Shown: piece by piece, positions 42,925 through 56,004 of the stretch
Layout: every line of letters begins with the position of its first letter
How positions within the stretch are numbered: the first letter of the stretch is position 1
Assembly (NCBI GenBank): GCA_951406725.2
Contig: OX597828.1
Location: 3,348,001-3,412,000 of the forward strand
Origin: Octopus vulgaris
Lineage: Eukaryota
Reading direction: 5' to 3'
Length of the DNA stretch: 64,000 nucleotides
Notes under the pieces: model-generated
The model's database searches: none
The model's input: only the letters and a program-made list of their open reading frames with translations
Told to the model about the DNA's origin: nothing
Position numbers and translations under genes: made by a program

Positions 42925-43160
42925 TTGCTTGTTTCAGTCATTACACTGCGGCCATGAAGAAATTTTAGTCGAATGGATCGACCCCAGTACGTATCTTTTG
43001 TTAAGCCTGGTATTTACTCTGGTTTTTTTTTATACCGAACCGCTAATTTACGGAGACGCAAACGCACTAACACCGGTTGTCAAGCGGTACTGGGAGACAA
43101 ACACAGATACAAAGACACATGGTATAATAGAAGATACTTGCTGAAGGTGTCTCGTAGCAA
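42925..43160 (-). mobile_element. SINE family A, degenerate
   Basis: gtttcagtcattacactgcggccatg...ccgaaccgctaa...caccggttgtcaagcg. Confidence 0.75.
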
Positions 43161-44339
43161 TTTCAGATTCCCATATTATTCAAAATAAACTTTTAGCCCT
43201 TTCCTTGACCGAAGTATTTTCATGTTCTTAGTAATATAACGCTTTCCTTTCATAAGTCCGAAGTTACTCTAGCGGTTGAGATAAATTTCGAATGTCTATT
43301 ATATATATATATATATGACGCATGGCCAAAATCATGTTATGTGAATAATATGTAACATTCTGAAGGAGGTATGTTTGTGTTGCCCTATTTCTCATATGCT
43401 TCTATGTTTTAATGATTTCTAAGTATAGGACTATAGCCCTCTTGATGAGCCAAGTTCAAAATATTGGCCTCTCATTGATTTCAGTCCTGATTTCAACCCG
43501 TAAATTCAAATACATTTTCAAATATAGAACTTGTCCTCTAATCTGTATGTGAGATCTGAGAAATACAAAGTCCATCATAGCAGTCGATGTATAACCACGT
43601 TATCAAGGAAAAATTGACAGAAAGTCGTGCATGTTCTAGGAGGCGGACGCTTCAAATTCTACTTGGCAAATAGATCATTCAGATACACACAAATGAATTT
43701 ATATACAGGCATTTGCACACACACGCACATACATACAAACACACACACAGACACACGTATATATGCATATATTTATTAGTGTGTGTGTTTATTTGAATAT
43801 GTATAGTTCACAGACACCATTGTAGACATTTCATTCAGAGCAACGTCAATCATCGATTCATTTAGCAATCAACCAACAACGAAAAGGAGTGATTCATGAT
43901 GATTATTCTAGAATCAAGTAAATTTTGATAATTCTTTTTGCCACTTTATTAGCAAGTAAGTTCACTGTTGCTTGTTGTTTACATTGTATATTTAAACAAG
44001 AACAACAACAAAAAAATGACAATGCGTAAAGAAAAAAAATACAAAACCAAATTCAAGACAAAAATGAAAAAAAATTATCTACGAATGTTTCATTAATAAC
44101 AATAATAAACAGTTATTTAATATCATTTTGTTGTTATTTCTGCAGGAAGTTTGATTTGAATAATGTCGAATAATGAACATAATTAAAAAGCACAGTTTTA
44201 TATGCCATACACACATACGTCAATACACGCATTCATATATACATGTTAGGCAGAATCACACACAAAAATAAGCAGACATTGCTTTTGTTATTCACTTTTG
44301 CTTTTCACCCACTAAACGTAAGCGTCATGTGTGCGCCAT

Positions 44340-44388
44340 TTCATATATGTGTATGTATGTGAGTGTGTGTATGTGTGCGCGCGTGTGA

Positions 44389-44430
<42 letters not shown>

Positions 44431-44531
44431 GCATATATACATGTATATTATGTATGTATGTATATATATATATATATACACACACATATATATATATATA
44501 TATACACATGCATATATACATGTATATTATG

Positions 44532-44581
<50 letters not shown>

Positions 44582-44804
44582 CATACATGTATATATATGC
44601 ATGTTAATGTGTGTATATATATGTATATAGAAATAAATAAATATATATATATGTGTATATTTATATATATGCATATTCGAATATGCCTATATATATATAT
44701 ATATATAAGTATATATATGAGGGTATACGTGTATATAGACATATATATATATATATGTATGTATATGTATATGTATGTATATATGTATGTATGCATCTCT
44801 CTCT

Positions 44805-44880
<76 letters not shown>

Positions 44881-44885
44881 TATAC
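44340..44885. repeat. Compound TA-rich microsatellite
   Basis: Visible directly. Confidence 0.95.
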
Positions 44886-45153
44886 ATCCGAGATGCTGCA
44901 CACACAGACATACTTAAACGGATAAATGAATATGTGTGTAATTATTCACTATTCTTTCCTTCTACCCATCCAAATATAACTAAAAGCATATTATACGTGT
45001 TATGTATTTATACATGAGTAGATAATTTGGTATACTGTCACTCGGCATGAACATTTAACACCATTTACACATCTTGACGCACGTATATATACATACCTTT
45101 GCGTGTGTTTCTCTCCAGACACGCACACACACACACACACACACACATATACA

Positions 45154-45949
45154 TACAGGTGAATAAATAGTCGTCTAAATTACGCAAAAATGAAAACAAC
45201 ACATCTCATTTTAACATGTATTTACCAAAGTTACATAAAGTTCTCGAAATACTAAAGAGTAAATTTATTCAATAAAATCACTATTGGCTTCAACCACGGC
45301 CTCCAGACGACTTCGGAATCTCCTGCAACCCTTCTGGACGGTATCCTTGTTGAAGTTAGTAAATGCTGCCCTGATCCCTGCCTTCAGTTCATCTTTGGTT
45401 TCACAAGGAGTTTTGTTGGTCTCTCGTTTAACTGCGCCCCACATATAATAATCAAGCGGGTTCAACACATAATAATCTGGGGAGTTAGGTGGCCAGATGT
45501 TAGGGGTAATGTGGTCGCAGAAATTGTCTGACAGTCATGTCTAGGTTCTCTCGCTTGTGTGGCATTGTGCAGAATCTTGTTGCCAGACAGGATCTTTCAG
45601 CAGTCACCTTCTTTACCCAGCGCAGCACTATCTTCTCCAAGCACTTGATGTAGACCTCGGTGTTGAGTCTGAGGCATAAGGTCGCCATCACAACTGATCA
45701 CTCCAAACACCATGTTCGTATTGGAGTTTCCGGCGCTTCGTATTGAAGTTTCCGGCGCAAATGCCATGCACCACAGCATGTCGTTTCCAACTTTCTGGCA
45801 GAGTAAATTGCATCATGGAGCCGTTTTTCTCACAGACGGTGTCCAACTGACCCTACTATATTGTGTAGTCGACAAAATCAAAAATTATCATTGCCTACAC
45901 GCGAAATTAAAAATATGAAATGGCTACAATTATCCATAGCACCCTGTAT
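45154..45949 (-). mobile_element. Internally deleted Tc1/mariner-superfamily transposon (maT/Tc3-like)
   Basis: WPPNSPD...NPLDYYMWGAVKRETNKTP...CRRFRSRLEAVVEANSDFIE (45265..45468-); ends tacaggtg / caccctgta. Confidence 0.85.
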
Positions 45950-45979
45950 ATCTGTGCATATGCTGTGGAAAATGAGTCA

Positions 45980-46430
45980 GACAAACGGCGACCACAGCTG
46001 CTCACCGTCAAGAAAATGCTGGTGACACCATGGCCTGAACGCATGTCTGCGTATCAGCAACCACAGCATGCCCAGCCCTCCATTCAGCAGCTGTTGACTG
46101 CAGATGGAGCACCTGACCAGTGGAACGCTCCCTTCTACAGAAAGCGGAGAGTAAGCGCACCAGCTTGATCAATTAGCAAAAGGGGCAAGGGACGGTGGTC
46201 AAGCGGCAATAGATAACGGATGCGATCTACACATTCGTCACCTCTGCTCGAACTTTCAGGGACAGCTTCCTCTCGGCCCATTTCTGCGTGAGATTCGCTA
46301 CCCTGCTCGTCACCTCGTCCCTGGTTTTCTCCACCTGGCGGTCTGGACCAAACCAGACTGCGAGCAGTTTAACCGGACCGTCTGTCCAGCGCCCCACGAC
46401 GCTGTTGGACAACATGTACTTGTCTCTCTA
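45980..46430 (-). mobile_element. L1/Tx1-like LINE ORF2 fragment
   Basis: PVKLLAVWFGPDRQVEKTRDEV...QKWAERKLSLKVRAEVTNV resembles the post-RT LGV..G...W..R.LSL.GR..V.N region of Tx1/L1 elements. Confidence 0.65.
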
Positions 46431-46489
46431 GGTGCCCCTGACATTTATGCAAACTATTTTGAGCATCCCCATACTAAAAAATAATCATT

Positions 46490-47410
46490 TAGAACGAAGA
46501 AGAGCTCTACTTACACTGTTGTCTGGTAGGGTTGCCCCTGGTCATTGGTGTGAGCGTTTCCACTAGGATTTTTATAAAGTCTTTTGGAGAAGGTCTTTTG
46601 GAAAGAGACAACAGCATTTGGAAAATTTATTTTCAAAGTGTTGTATGTTTCTTGAGTCATTTAAAACATTTTGTATGTGTGGTGGTGTTGCATTTGTGTT
46701 GGGAAGACAAAGTCTTCCATTGTTTTCTCTAATGTGTGTAACAAGATTTATGTTGCCTGTGTTGATGGCTGTGAGGTTGGTGTTGTTTGTGCAGTCTGTG
46801 TTATATAGCGTTGGTGTTTGAAGTGGTAGTGCTGGTGGAGGTGATGTTGTTGTTGATTGTTGTGTGTGTGTATTGCTGCTGTTGGAAAGTTCCGCTTGCT
46901 TGCACCTTCCTCTTTTTTCTCCTACTGTCTTTTTCTTTCTTTTATGCGGGTGGGGTGGACTATCTACCACCCTCCTTCTCTGTACTCGAACAGTCCGAGG
47001 TGTTTTTGTCGGGAAAGGGGATTTTCCGGGACTTGGTTTTGTTGGGGTTTCTCTATTGCTGCTGCTATTGCTTTAGTAGCTGTTGGTGGTGATGTTATTG
47101 TTGCTGGTACTCTGGCTGGTGGCGGTGGTAATTCGGCTGGTGCCTTTGTCGTTGGTGTTGGTGGTGCCATGGCGACGGCTGGAGGCAGCATCGCTGCTGT
47201 TGCTGCTGCTGGTGATGGCATTGGTGTTTGGGGTGGTTTCCGCTGTTGCTGTTGTCGGTGCTGCTGTATTGGAGGAGGCCCTGATTCTGGTGTCGGTGCT
47301 GGGTTCGACTCCCCTCCTTGTATTTGGGGCATTCGACCTTAAGGTGCTGAACGTTTCCACAATAATAACAACTCGGTGTCCTGCCCTTCGAAATCTTCGT
47401 TTTCATTTCA
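46490..47410 (-). mobile_element. Retrotransposon ORF1/gag-like relic with zinc knuckle
   Basis: CYYCGNVQHLKVEC = CX2CX4HX4C (47095..47406-), followed across frameshifts by a Pro/Thr/Ala-rich region and KRKKK. Confidence 0.65.
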
Positions 47411-47930
47411 ATAGATAGTACTCTATCAAATTCTAATACTCCTGTTATTAACAGAGTTTCTTCGTAAACTCCTGTCTCTCATCATTCTTCTTATTACTAT
47501 GAAGAATCAGACGAAGAGAGCAGCCCCCCATGAATCTCAGCTTAAAGACTGCCATGTGACCAGAACACGCAGATGTTTGAAGAAATAATTTGTAATGAAT
47601 CTGATAAACATAATCAGGAAAGTGGCAAAGAAACATTATTTGAAGACCCACATTTGCTGACGAACACAGAATCTATGATAGAAATAAAGCAGAAAATCGA
47701 GAATAGGCTTGCACTTGTAATCCATGCCAATATGCATGATAAAGTAACACTTCATAAACTCTCAAATACAATCCAAAATAAAAAAAACAAAACAAAATAA
47801 AATTGGCAACTATGTAACAAAAGAAATCATACAAGTTTTAAACTCTGATCTCACTGAGTTAAATGAAATTAGTTACGCATCTGCTATGACAATTGAAACC
47901 TTTTCCTCTATCTTCTCCGTTTTTCTTACA

Positions 47931-47965
<35 letters not shown>

Positions 47966-47966
<1 letters not shown>

Positions 47967-48130
47967 GACGGGCTTCTTTCAGTTTCCATCTACCAAATCC
48001 ACTCATAAGGCTTTGGTCGGCTCGAGGCTATAGTAGAATATACTTGCCCAAGGTTCCACGCAGTGGGACTGAACCCGGAACCATGTGGTTGGTAAGCAAG
48101 CTACTTACCACACAGATACTCCTGCGCCTA
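47966..48130 (-). mobile_element. SINE family A head
   Basis: Highly similar to the reverse complement of 54917-55080. Confidence 0.92.
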
Positions 48131-48338
48131 CAATAAGTTTATGATTCAAATTCTTCAAATTATTGCTAAATTTAAATACACGCTGACAATGTTTTGTTGT
48201 TTTTGGGAAACGAGGTCTCCCCAGGGCATGTACACGAGGCTTTAACTGGACTTCATATAACAGGCAACTAAAATGTATTCTTACTTGAACATTTGAGAAA
48301 ACATACTATTTTATTTAAAATGTAATTTAATTTAATTC

Positions 48339-48720
48339 AGTTCTATATTTAAGAGATGAGGAATTATGTACATTATTTTCATTATTTACATTATTTACAT
48401 TTGATGGATATTTGGCCTCATCTTGCTTGTTGTTAATACAGCATTTCGGCTGATGTACCCTCCAACCTTGATCAGGTCTCTTGGGCAAATTTCGAACCTG
48501 GGTTCTCATTCCTAAGGTATTTTTCGATCTTCTTCTTCTTCTTCTTCTTCTTCTTCTTCTTCTTCTTCTTCTTCTTCTTCTTCTTCTTCTTCTTCTTCTT
48601 CTTCTTCTTCTTCTTCTTCTTCTTCTTCTTCTTCTTCTTCTTCTTCTTCAGGTCACTGCCTGGAATCGAACTCTGAATCTTGGGGTTAGTATCACACGCT
48701 CTTAACCACCACGCCATATG
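48339..48720 (-). mobile_element. tRNA-headed SINE-like element with (AAG)n linker and hammerhead-like tail
   Basis: A box TGGCGTGGTGG, B box GTTCGATTCC, about 40 AAG units (48528-48649), degenerate hammerhead 48480-48435, (AAATAATGT)n-like end. Confidence 0.78.
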
Positions 48721-49998
48721 TGAACATCCCTTTACTATCAATGACCTCCTGACATTTGTTACAACAAGGCTGAATTAATTTCTTGCAAAATATAATATTA
48801 TTCCATTCGTTTTTCAATAATTTCCCATCTCCAATAATTTTCCAAACGTTTTCTATACGGCTGCGATCGGGACTTTGAGGTGGCCAGTACATGAGATCAA
48901 CCCATTCATTACCCATAAAATCTTTGACGCTTCGCAGTGTGACAAGGAACGTTGTCCTGCACGGAGATAGGACGTTGGAATGACAAGGATCGGAGATGTG
49001 GAAGGGCATGCTGTCTAAGAATCTGCTTGTAGATTTCAGCATTGACAGTCCCTTGTAGGTGAATAAGTGGACCAGATCCAGCAGCAGAAATCACTCCCTA
49101 TACTGCCTCCTCCATATTTCACTGTCTTCTCTACACATGCACAAGATAACCTTTTGCCACTTCTTCGTCGGACGTGCATTCCACCATCGGAACCAGTCAC
49201 ATTAAACTTCGATTCATCGCTAAAATGAACCTGCGACCACTGTTCTTCTATCGAAACGACATGTTCGTGAGCGAAAATAAGACAGGCTCTTTGAAACTTC
49301 TTGGAGATCAGAGGTTTCTTTGCCGGTGCCCGTGCAAGCAACCCAGAAGCTCGTAACCTCTGAGAAACCGTTTTGCAAGATACGTTGACATCGCAAATGG
49401 AGCTAAACTCGCGGGATGTCTCAGCGGCATTCTTAAACCTATCCTTCAGTGACACTCTAACGATCCTGTCTTGGTGAAGTTTTACGAGGTCTACCGGTTT
49501 TTGGTTTAGCATCTGCCGATCCTGATGACTTAAAGCGAGTTGCAATACACTGCACAACACTTCTAGACCTTCCTACAGTAGTTGGCATCACAGAATTTGA
49601 CTTGACCTCTTGGTGAAGGCACACAGTCCTTTGTTTTTCATCACAGGACACCGGTTGTTTCTCACAAGCCGCCATGTTGACAATTGAATGTTCCAATAAT
49701 GTAAGATCATAAGAAGTGAGTGTTAGTCCATTAACAGTCTTCAAAACAACAAATACCTTGGTTAAGAGTTAATCTTTTTCTAAGTGACATTTAACTCTCG
49801 GCTGCTGCAATTTGGAAGATTGTTTGTTTAGTTCCTCATGACTTACGAAATATTTATTCCGTTCACTTGAAATTTTCACGAAAGTTAGATATTAGATGTA
49901 TCTAAATATGTGTAAAATATCTAGTCTCAACGTGTTGTTAATCTATAACTATTTTAATACACTTGTTCTCACGGACTCTTATATTATAGCCGGTACTG
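48721..49998 (-). mobile_element. Tc1-like transposon, frameshifted
   Basis: GRPRKTSPRQDR, KKPLISK, WSQVHFSDESKFN, TVKYGGGS, QDNVPCH, WPPQSPDRSRIENVW across ORFs 49457..49744, 49036..49560, 48909..49094, 48692..49042; TIR-like CAGTACCGGCTATAATATAAG at 49998. Confidence 0.92.
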
Positions 49999-50300
49999 TT
50001 TATAGCCCTCCCATTATTAAATAATATATTCAACATGAAATATAAATATGTAGAAATCTAGGCGAGGAAAGAAAAATCTCATTCTTTTCAGAATCAGTGA
50101 GAAAGGGAAAGACGAATATGAATGAAGTACAATGATTTCAACGATACATATATGTTGCAAAATTCATGTTAAATGCGACTAAGTTTTACTTGGCGTCTTA
50201 AAGAACCGGCACTTTAAACTGACATGCAAAACTTTAAGGTCCCAGGCAACGAGAATGTTTCATAAATTTTACTGAGCTCGCAATGTTTAGTCTCCCCCTA

Positions 50301-51060
50301 AGGAGGCGAGCTGGCAGAAACGTTAGTACACCGGGCGAAATGCTTGGCGGTATTCTGTCTGCCGCTACGTTCTGAGTTCAAATTCCGCCGTGGTCGACTT
50401 TGCCTTACATCCTTTCGGGGTCGATTAAATAAGTACCAGTTACGCACTGGGGTCGATATAATCGACGTAATCCGTTTGTCTGTCCTTGTTTGTTTGTCCT
50501 CTCTGTGTTTAGCTCCTTGTGAGTAATAAAGAAATAGGTATTTCGTCTGCCGTTACATTCTGAGTTCAAATTTCGCCGAGGTCGACTTTGCCTTACATCC
50601 TTTCAGGGTCGATTAAATAAGTACCAGTTACGCACTGGGGTCGATATAATCGACGTAATCCGTTTGTCTGTCCTTGTTTGTTTGTTTGTCCTCTCTGTGT
50701 TTAGCTCCTTGTGGGTAATAAAGAAATAGGTATTTCGTCTGCCGTTACGTTCTGAGTTCAAATTTCGCCGAGGTCGACTTTGCCTTTCATCCTTTCGGGG
50801 TCGATAAATCAAGTACCAGTTACGCACTGGGGTCGATGTAATTGACTTAATCCCTTTGTATGTCCTTGTTTGTCCCTTCTATGTTTAGCCCCTTTTGGGC
50901 AATAAGGAAATAAGAAACGTTGGCAAACCTAGGCAAAATGCTTAACGGCATTTCATTCATCTGCACGTTCTGAGATCAATATCAGCCAAGGTCGACTTTG
51001 CCTTTCATCCTGTCGGGGTCGATAATTCAAGAAACGGTTGCGCACTGGGATCGACGTAAC
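50301..51060 (+). mobile_element. SINE family B tandem array (one head, three ~190-bp bodies, one degenerate body)
   Basis: Unit starts at 50349, 50537, 50729; each has gagttcaaat and the Meta-domain-like core gactttgcctt.catcctttc.gggtcgat. Confidence 0.9.
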
Positions 51061-51892
51061 CTCGTTGTCATATGTATTCTCACGAGCATGCATTTCTTGT
51101 TTATTTTGAACTGTCAAATTTTGACTCCACTAAACATTATGAAAGTTCATATAAATATTAATAAATCATTATTTTTATAATTATTTATTACCTGTCTTTT
51201 GAGAAATCTTAAAATTTCGTCGAAAATTTCAATTTTTGTTGATTAATAATGTTTTCGATAAATTTCCGTCTCAAGCAATACCTTTTACCACCCATGTCTT
51301 TTCTTAGATGTTTTTCAAACATTTAGTTTTTCAGCTACTATATTGTATACCAACAGGCTTTCGACCAATGTATTGAAGGAGTGTTACTAGATCTATACAT
51401 ATCTTATCGAAATAAGAGATACAGAAATATAAAAGGAAGACCGTTGCAATAAATTTAAGCCAAATTTTGAGCTAAGGATTTTGAATTCAGATGCTCCGTT
51501 ATGACATTTGATTCTGTGCTGATAATCCAATATACACACAAAACATATGCTTGCAACTATACACGTATCTGTGTATATAAATCAAGACAAATATAAAATT
51601 TCCGCTCAAATTTGTGTACTTGTTTATTTTAGTAATTATGTGCCGGTATAGTTATGTGCTGAAGATGTCTTTTTGCGACCATGTTAAGCTGATAAATATA
51701 TATTGTAGTATACCTAGCTGTATAAATTAGATCCTTTAAACCGTTTGTTTATTGACTTCATAATATAAGTACTAAGCAACATACTGGGGTCGTTGCCCCA
51801 GCATAGCTAGAGTCTATTGACTGAAATCTTTAAAAAATATAATTTGCTGTTAGGTCCATATCATACTCAAAACATGCAGTGGATCAATCCAT

Positions 51893-52400
<508 letters not shown>

Positions 52401-54513
52401 GGTAGGTTGACATGCAGACTGCGAGATACATGTATTACTGCAGGTACATCGGTATCCTTGATATGTACACATAATGTGTATTGCATAAACATCGATTTCA
52501 ATAATTACATAAAATCGCTGTATTACGTGATGTCATTCCACCTTGCCTGTAGACACATAATATTAATATAACATCGTGTAAAGTAGATTGGTTATAATTA
52601 GCAAGTGGGTGAATTTGATGAGGTCTTTCAACTTGAAGTCTACGGACGATGTTTATACACTTAATTGCGTTTCATAACATCAAGTCTTGTCAATGTAATT
52701 TATTATAAGCAATAACAAGCTTGCACTTAAGTCAGATTACTTCCTAAGTTACTAATGAGAACTTTCCATGACAATAACAAGTCTAGATAATTGGTGACAT
52801 CGGTATACATAGCATTTCCATTCGAGTGTAATTCCAAGAATGTGTCACCCTAGTGCAAACAACACATGTCAGTTCTTTGAGGTAAAATAATTTGACACTT
52901 CCCAATATATTTTCATTTAGTTAAATGAAAAAATATTGGACAGATATTTCAAAAATATTTCTGGAATATTTCTGAAATATTTAACCATTTTTATACAAAG
53001 TACATGTGTAATTCATATCTCCGAAGCAATATATTTACCATTTATATGACGTCTCAGAAGGACAAAGCTGTAGATTTATTTTAGGAATTACAAGGATCAG
53101 TTCAAATTTCCACAAATTTTACGCTTCGGCTCACGTTGCTGTTTGAATTATGTCAGATGAACGAGCAGTTCAATGATTTGGAAAGCCTGTGACAGCAGAT
53201 TGACGGATTATAAGGCTTAACATTATGTGGTTTAGTTCTCTGACTTATTTCATTATGATGGTCTTGTATCTTAAACATTTTTCTCGATACAGATTGAGTA
53301 GGAAGCAAGACTCTAACGTCATTACATTGACTCAAAGTTAAAAGTCAACCATTTAGGAAGGTGCTTTAGGTAAATATATTTCCTCATACATATAAATATA
53401 ACAATCATTCATGCTCAAAGAGATTGCTTGTGTATCTAATAAATTTAATTAATTTAAAAATGCAGTGTCAACTAAAATCTTTGGATTTATCGTATTGTCA
53501 AGTTTGCTATCTTTGTATGTTTGAGCAGGTTTGTGTCTATGTACACACACACACACACACACACGTACGCACACACACACATACATACACGTATATATAC
53601 AAATCTGTATGTATATGTACATATTGTGTATAGATATGTTTATATTGCTCATGCATGTGTGTAGTGTGTGTGTGGGCAAGTGTGTATGTGTGTGTGTGTG
53701 TGTGTGCGTGTGTGCATGTGTACGTGTGCGTGTATATAAACACGCCACGAATTTATGTGCTTGCAGCCAAACTCGATTATATTAATTCAATTATAAAGAG
53801 GTTATTGCAAGTAAGTTGAAAAAATAATTTCACATAAAAAGCCATAAAAGTACCTGAATGCATTAAAAAACACTACATAATGTATATTTAGCTGAGCACT
53901 CCGATGAAAGTAGGTTACCGTTAGTTTCTGTTGTAAGTATTGTTGTTGATGTTATTGCAATTGTTAAACCATATCAATGATGCTGCCTGCAACGTCACCC
54001 AGTTATTTTTGCTGTTCTAAAAGAATTGCATCTCCTCTTAATAATATCAGTACGGTATTTACCCTTCACAATGTTGACGATTAAAGGAAAGTTCATTATT
54101 AATTCATAAGAAGCGCCTTGTTGTGTTTGCCAAGCTTTTACATTCGAACCAAAATAGCTGAATCATTAATTACATTGGACAATTTATGACAATTCCAACT
54201 AAATCAACTGCTGGCATAATGGTGGAATTTAGTCTAATAAAAGTTTGGCTGTATATCACGTGTTTACTAATCGTGATTATATTTGGTGTTGCGTTACTAA
54301 TCTCTTTGTCTTACCAATATCTGTGTGCTGACAAGACCAATCTGATAACAGAATGGCGCACAAATTGAATAGCATAGGTTCTGATAGGTTAATATTTCAC
54401 CGAGACTAGATTTTCTGAAAAGTAAAATTCCACGTTATAAGTACGTGGGTATAAAGATGATGTGCGCCATTGTGTGCGTGTGTCTGTGTCCGTGTGTGTC
54501 TGTGTGTGCATAT

Positions 54514-54565
<52 letters not shown>

Positions 54566-54584
54566 GCGCGCGCGCGCGCGTGTA

Positions 54585-54896
54585 TTCTGGTACTCCGTCG
54601 GTTGCAACGATGACGGTTCCAGTTGCTCTGATAAATGGAACAGCCTAGTCGTAAGACTATCGTGCAAGTGGCTGAGTTCTCCACACACACACATGCAGCT
54701 AACAGAGTTTTCGAGGAAATCCAACGTGACACAGGATACGACAAGGCTGGCCCCGTTGAATTACAGGTACAACTCATTTTTGTCAGCTTAATTAACTGGG
54801 GCAATGTGAAATTAAGTTACTACTCAAGAGACACAATGCGCTTCCGGACCCCAGGTTTACGATCGCGAACCGAGTAATCTAATCACTAAGTCACGT
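54585..54896 (-). mobile_element. tRNA-derived SINE family D, degenerate
   Basis: Minus strand starts cgtgacttagtgattag (A-box-like), core tcttgagtagtaacttaatttcacattgccccag...cagctgacaaaaatgagt-like, tail aaccgacggagtaccagaa. Confidence 0.65.
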
Positions 54897-54916
54897 TTAA
54901 TATATATATATATATA

Positions 54917-55080
54917 GGCGCAGGAGTGGCTGTGTGGTAAGTAGCTTGTTTATCAACCACATGGTTCCGGGTTCAGTCCCACTGCGTGGCACCTTGGGCA
55001 AGTGTCTTCTACTATAGCCTCGGGCCGACCAAAGCCTTGTGAGTGGATTTGGTAGACGGAAACTGAAAGAAACCCGTCGT
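54917..55080 (+). mobile_element. SINE family A, 5' half (host of the hammerhead array)
   Basis: A box TGGCTGTGTGG, B-box-like GGTTCAGTCCC, CORE-like ccttgggcaagtgtctt. Confidence 0.93.
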
Positions 55081-55083
55081 ATA

Positions 55084-55126
<43 letters not shown>

Positions 55127-55313
55127 TAAGCAATTAAGGGTTTAGCAACGAATTGCCTTACCACACACCGAATTTAGAAATAGCAGTCAAATAGATTATA
55201 GCTATTTCTTCTACTAAAAGGGAGATCACAGTAAAGGCACAGCATTTGAAAGGCAAACACAAACAGGTAAAAGAGAATGAATTAACGGCAATCTATCATA
55301 CAGTTTTAAGTCA

Positions 55314-55411
55314 CCTACGGACGTACGTTTCGAGATCAAGTCTTAGGAAAGCATAAGAATTAGAATTAGATAACTCTACTTTACCCAGACTTCTTCTTTC
55401 ATCAGCGCAGG
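55314..55411 (-). ncRNA. Type I hammerhead ribozyme, copy 1
   Basis: CCTGCG-CTGATGA-[67-nt hairpin]-GAAA-C-GTAC-G-TC-CGTAGG on the minus strand. Confidence 0.82.
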
Positions 55412-55906
55412 ATGCTAACAATCATGAATGATTGAATATTGAATTTTGAGATACTAGAAGGCACCAACTCAACTCAGTATCAGAGCGAGCTAGAAGTCAC
55501 AGCTAGTATCACCAAATTCAAAGAATGAATGAACGCTTGTGTCATCAGTCCCTTCCCACCCGCGTGTAGCCAAGACAAAGTGCCGTGGTCATTTACTGGG
55601 ATGAATATGGTTTATGAGTAACAATGAAGGGTGAAATTAATTAATTTGGAACAATTATCAATTACACCAAGTAGTCTTCGGCATGTAAAAGCCTCATTCG
55701 AGGAAAATTTAAGTAATACTAAGCAATTAAGGGTTTAGCAACGAATTGCCTTACCACACACCGAATTTAGAAATAGCAGTCAAATAGATTATAGCTATTT
55801 CTTCTACTAAAAGGGAGATCACAGCAAAGGCACAGCATTTGAAAGGCAAACACAAACAGGTAAAAGAGAATGAATTAACGGCAATCTATCATACAGTTTT
55901 AAGTCA

Positions 55907-56004
55907 CCTACGGACGTACGTTTCGAGATCAAGTCTTAGGAAAGCATAAGAATTAGAATTAGATAACTCTACTTTACCCAGACTTCTTCTTTCATCAGCG
56001 CAGG
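55907..56004 (-). ncRNA. Type I hammerhead ribozyme, copy 2
   Basis: Same motif, exactly 593 bp from copy 1. Confidence 0.82.

Noticed and set aside
43436-43475. TTGATGA-GCCAA...TTGGC half hammerhead
   Set aside because: GAAA, stem III and stem I are absent
46964-47332. Pro/Ala/Thr-rich ORF as a host protein
   Set aside because: Frameshift-linked to a retroelement zinc knuckle; treated as an ORF1 relic
50349-50912. CRISPR-like or tRNA array
   Set aside because: Units are contiguous SINE bodies without unique spacers, in a eukaryotic context
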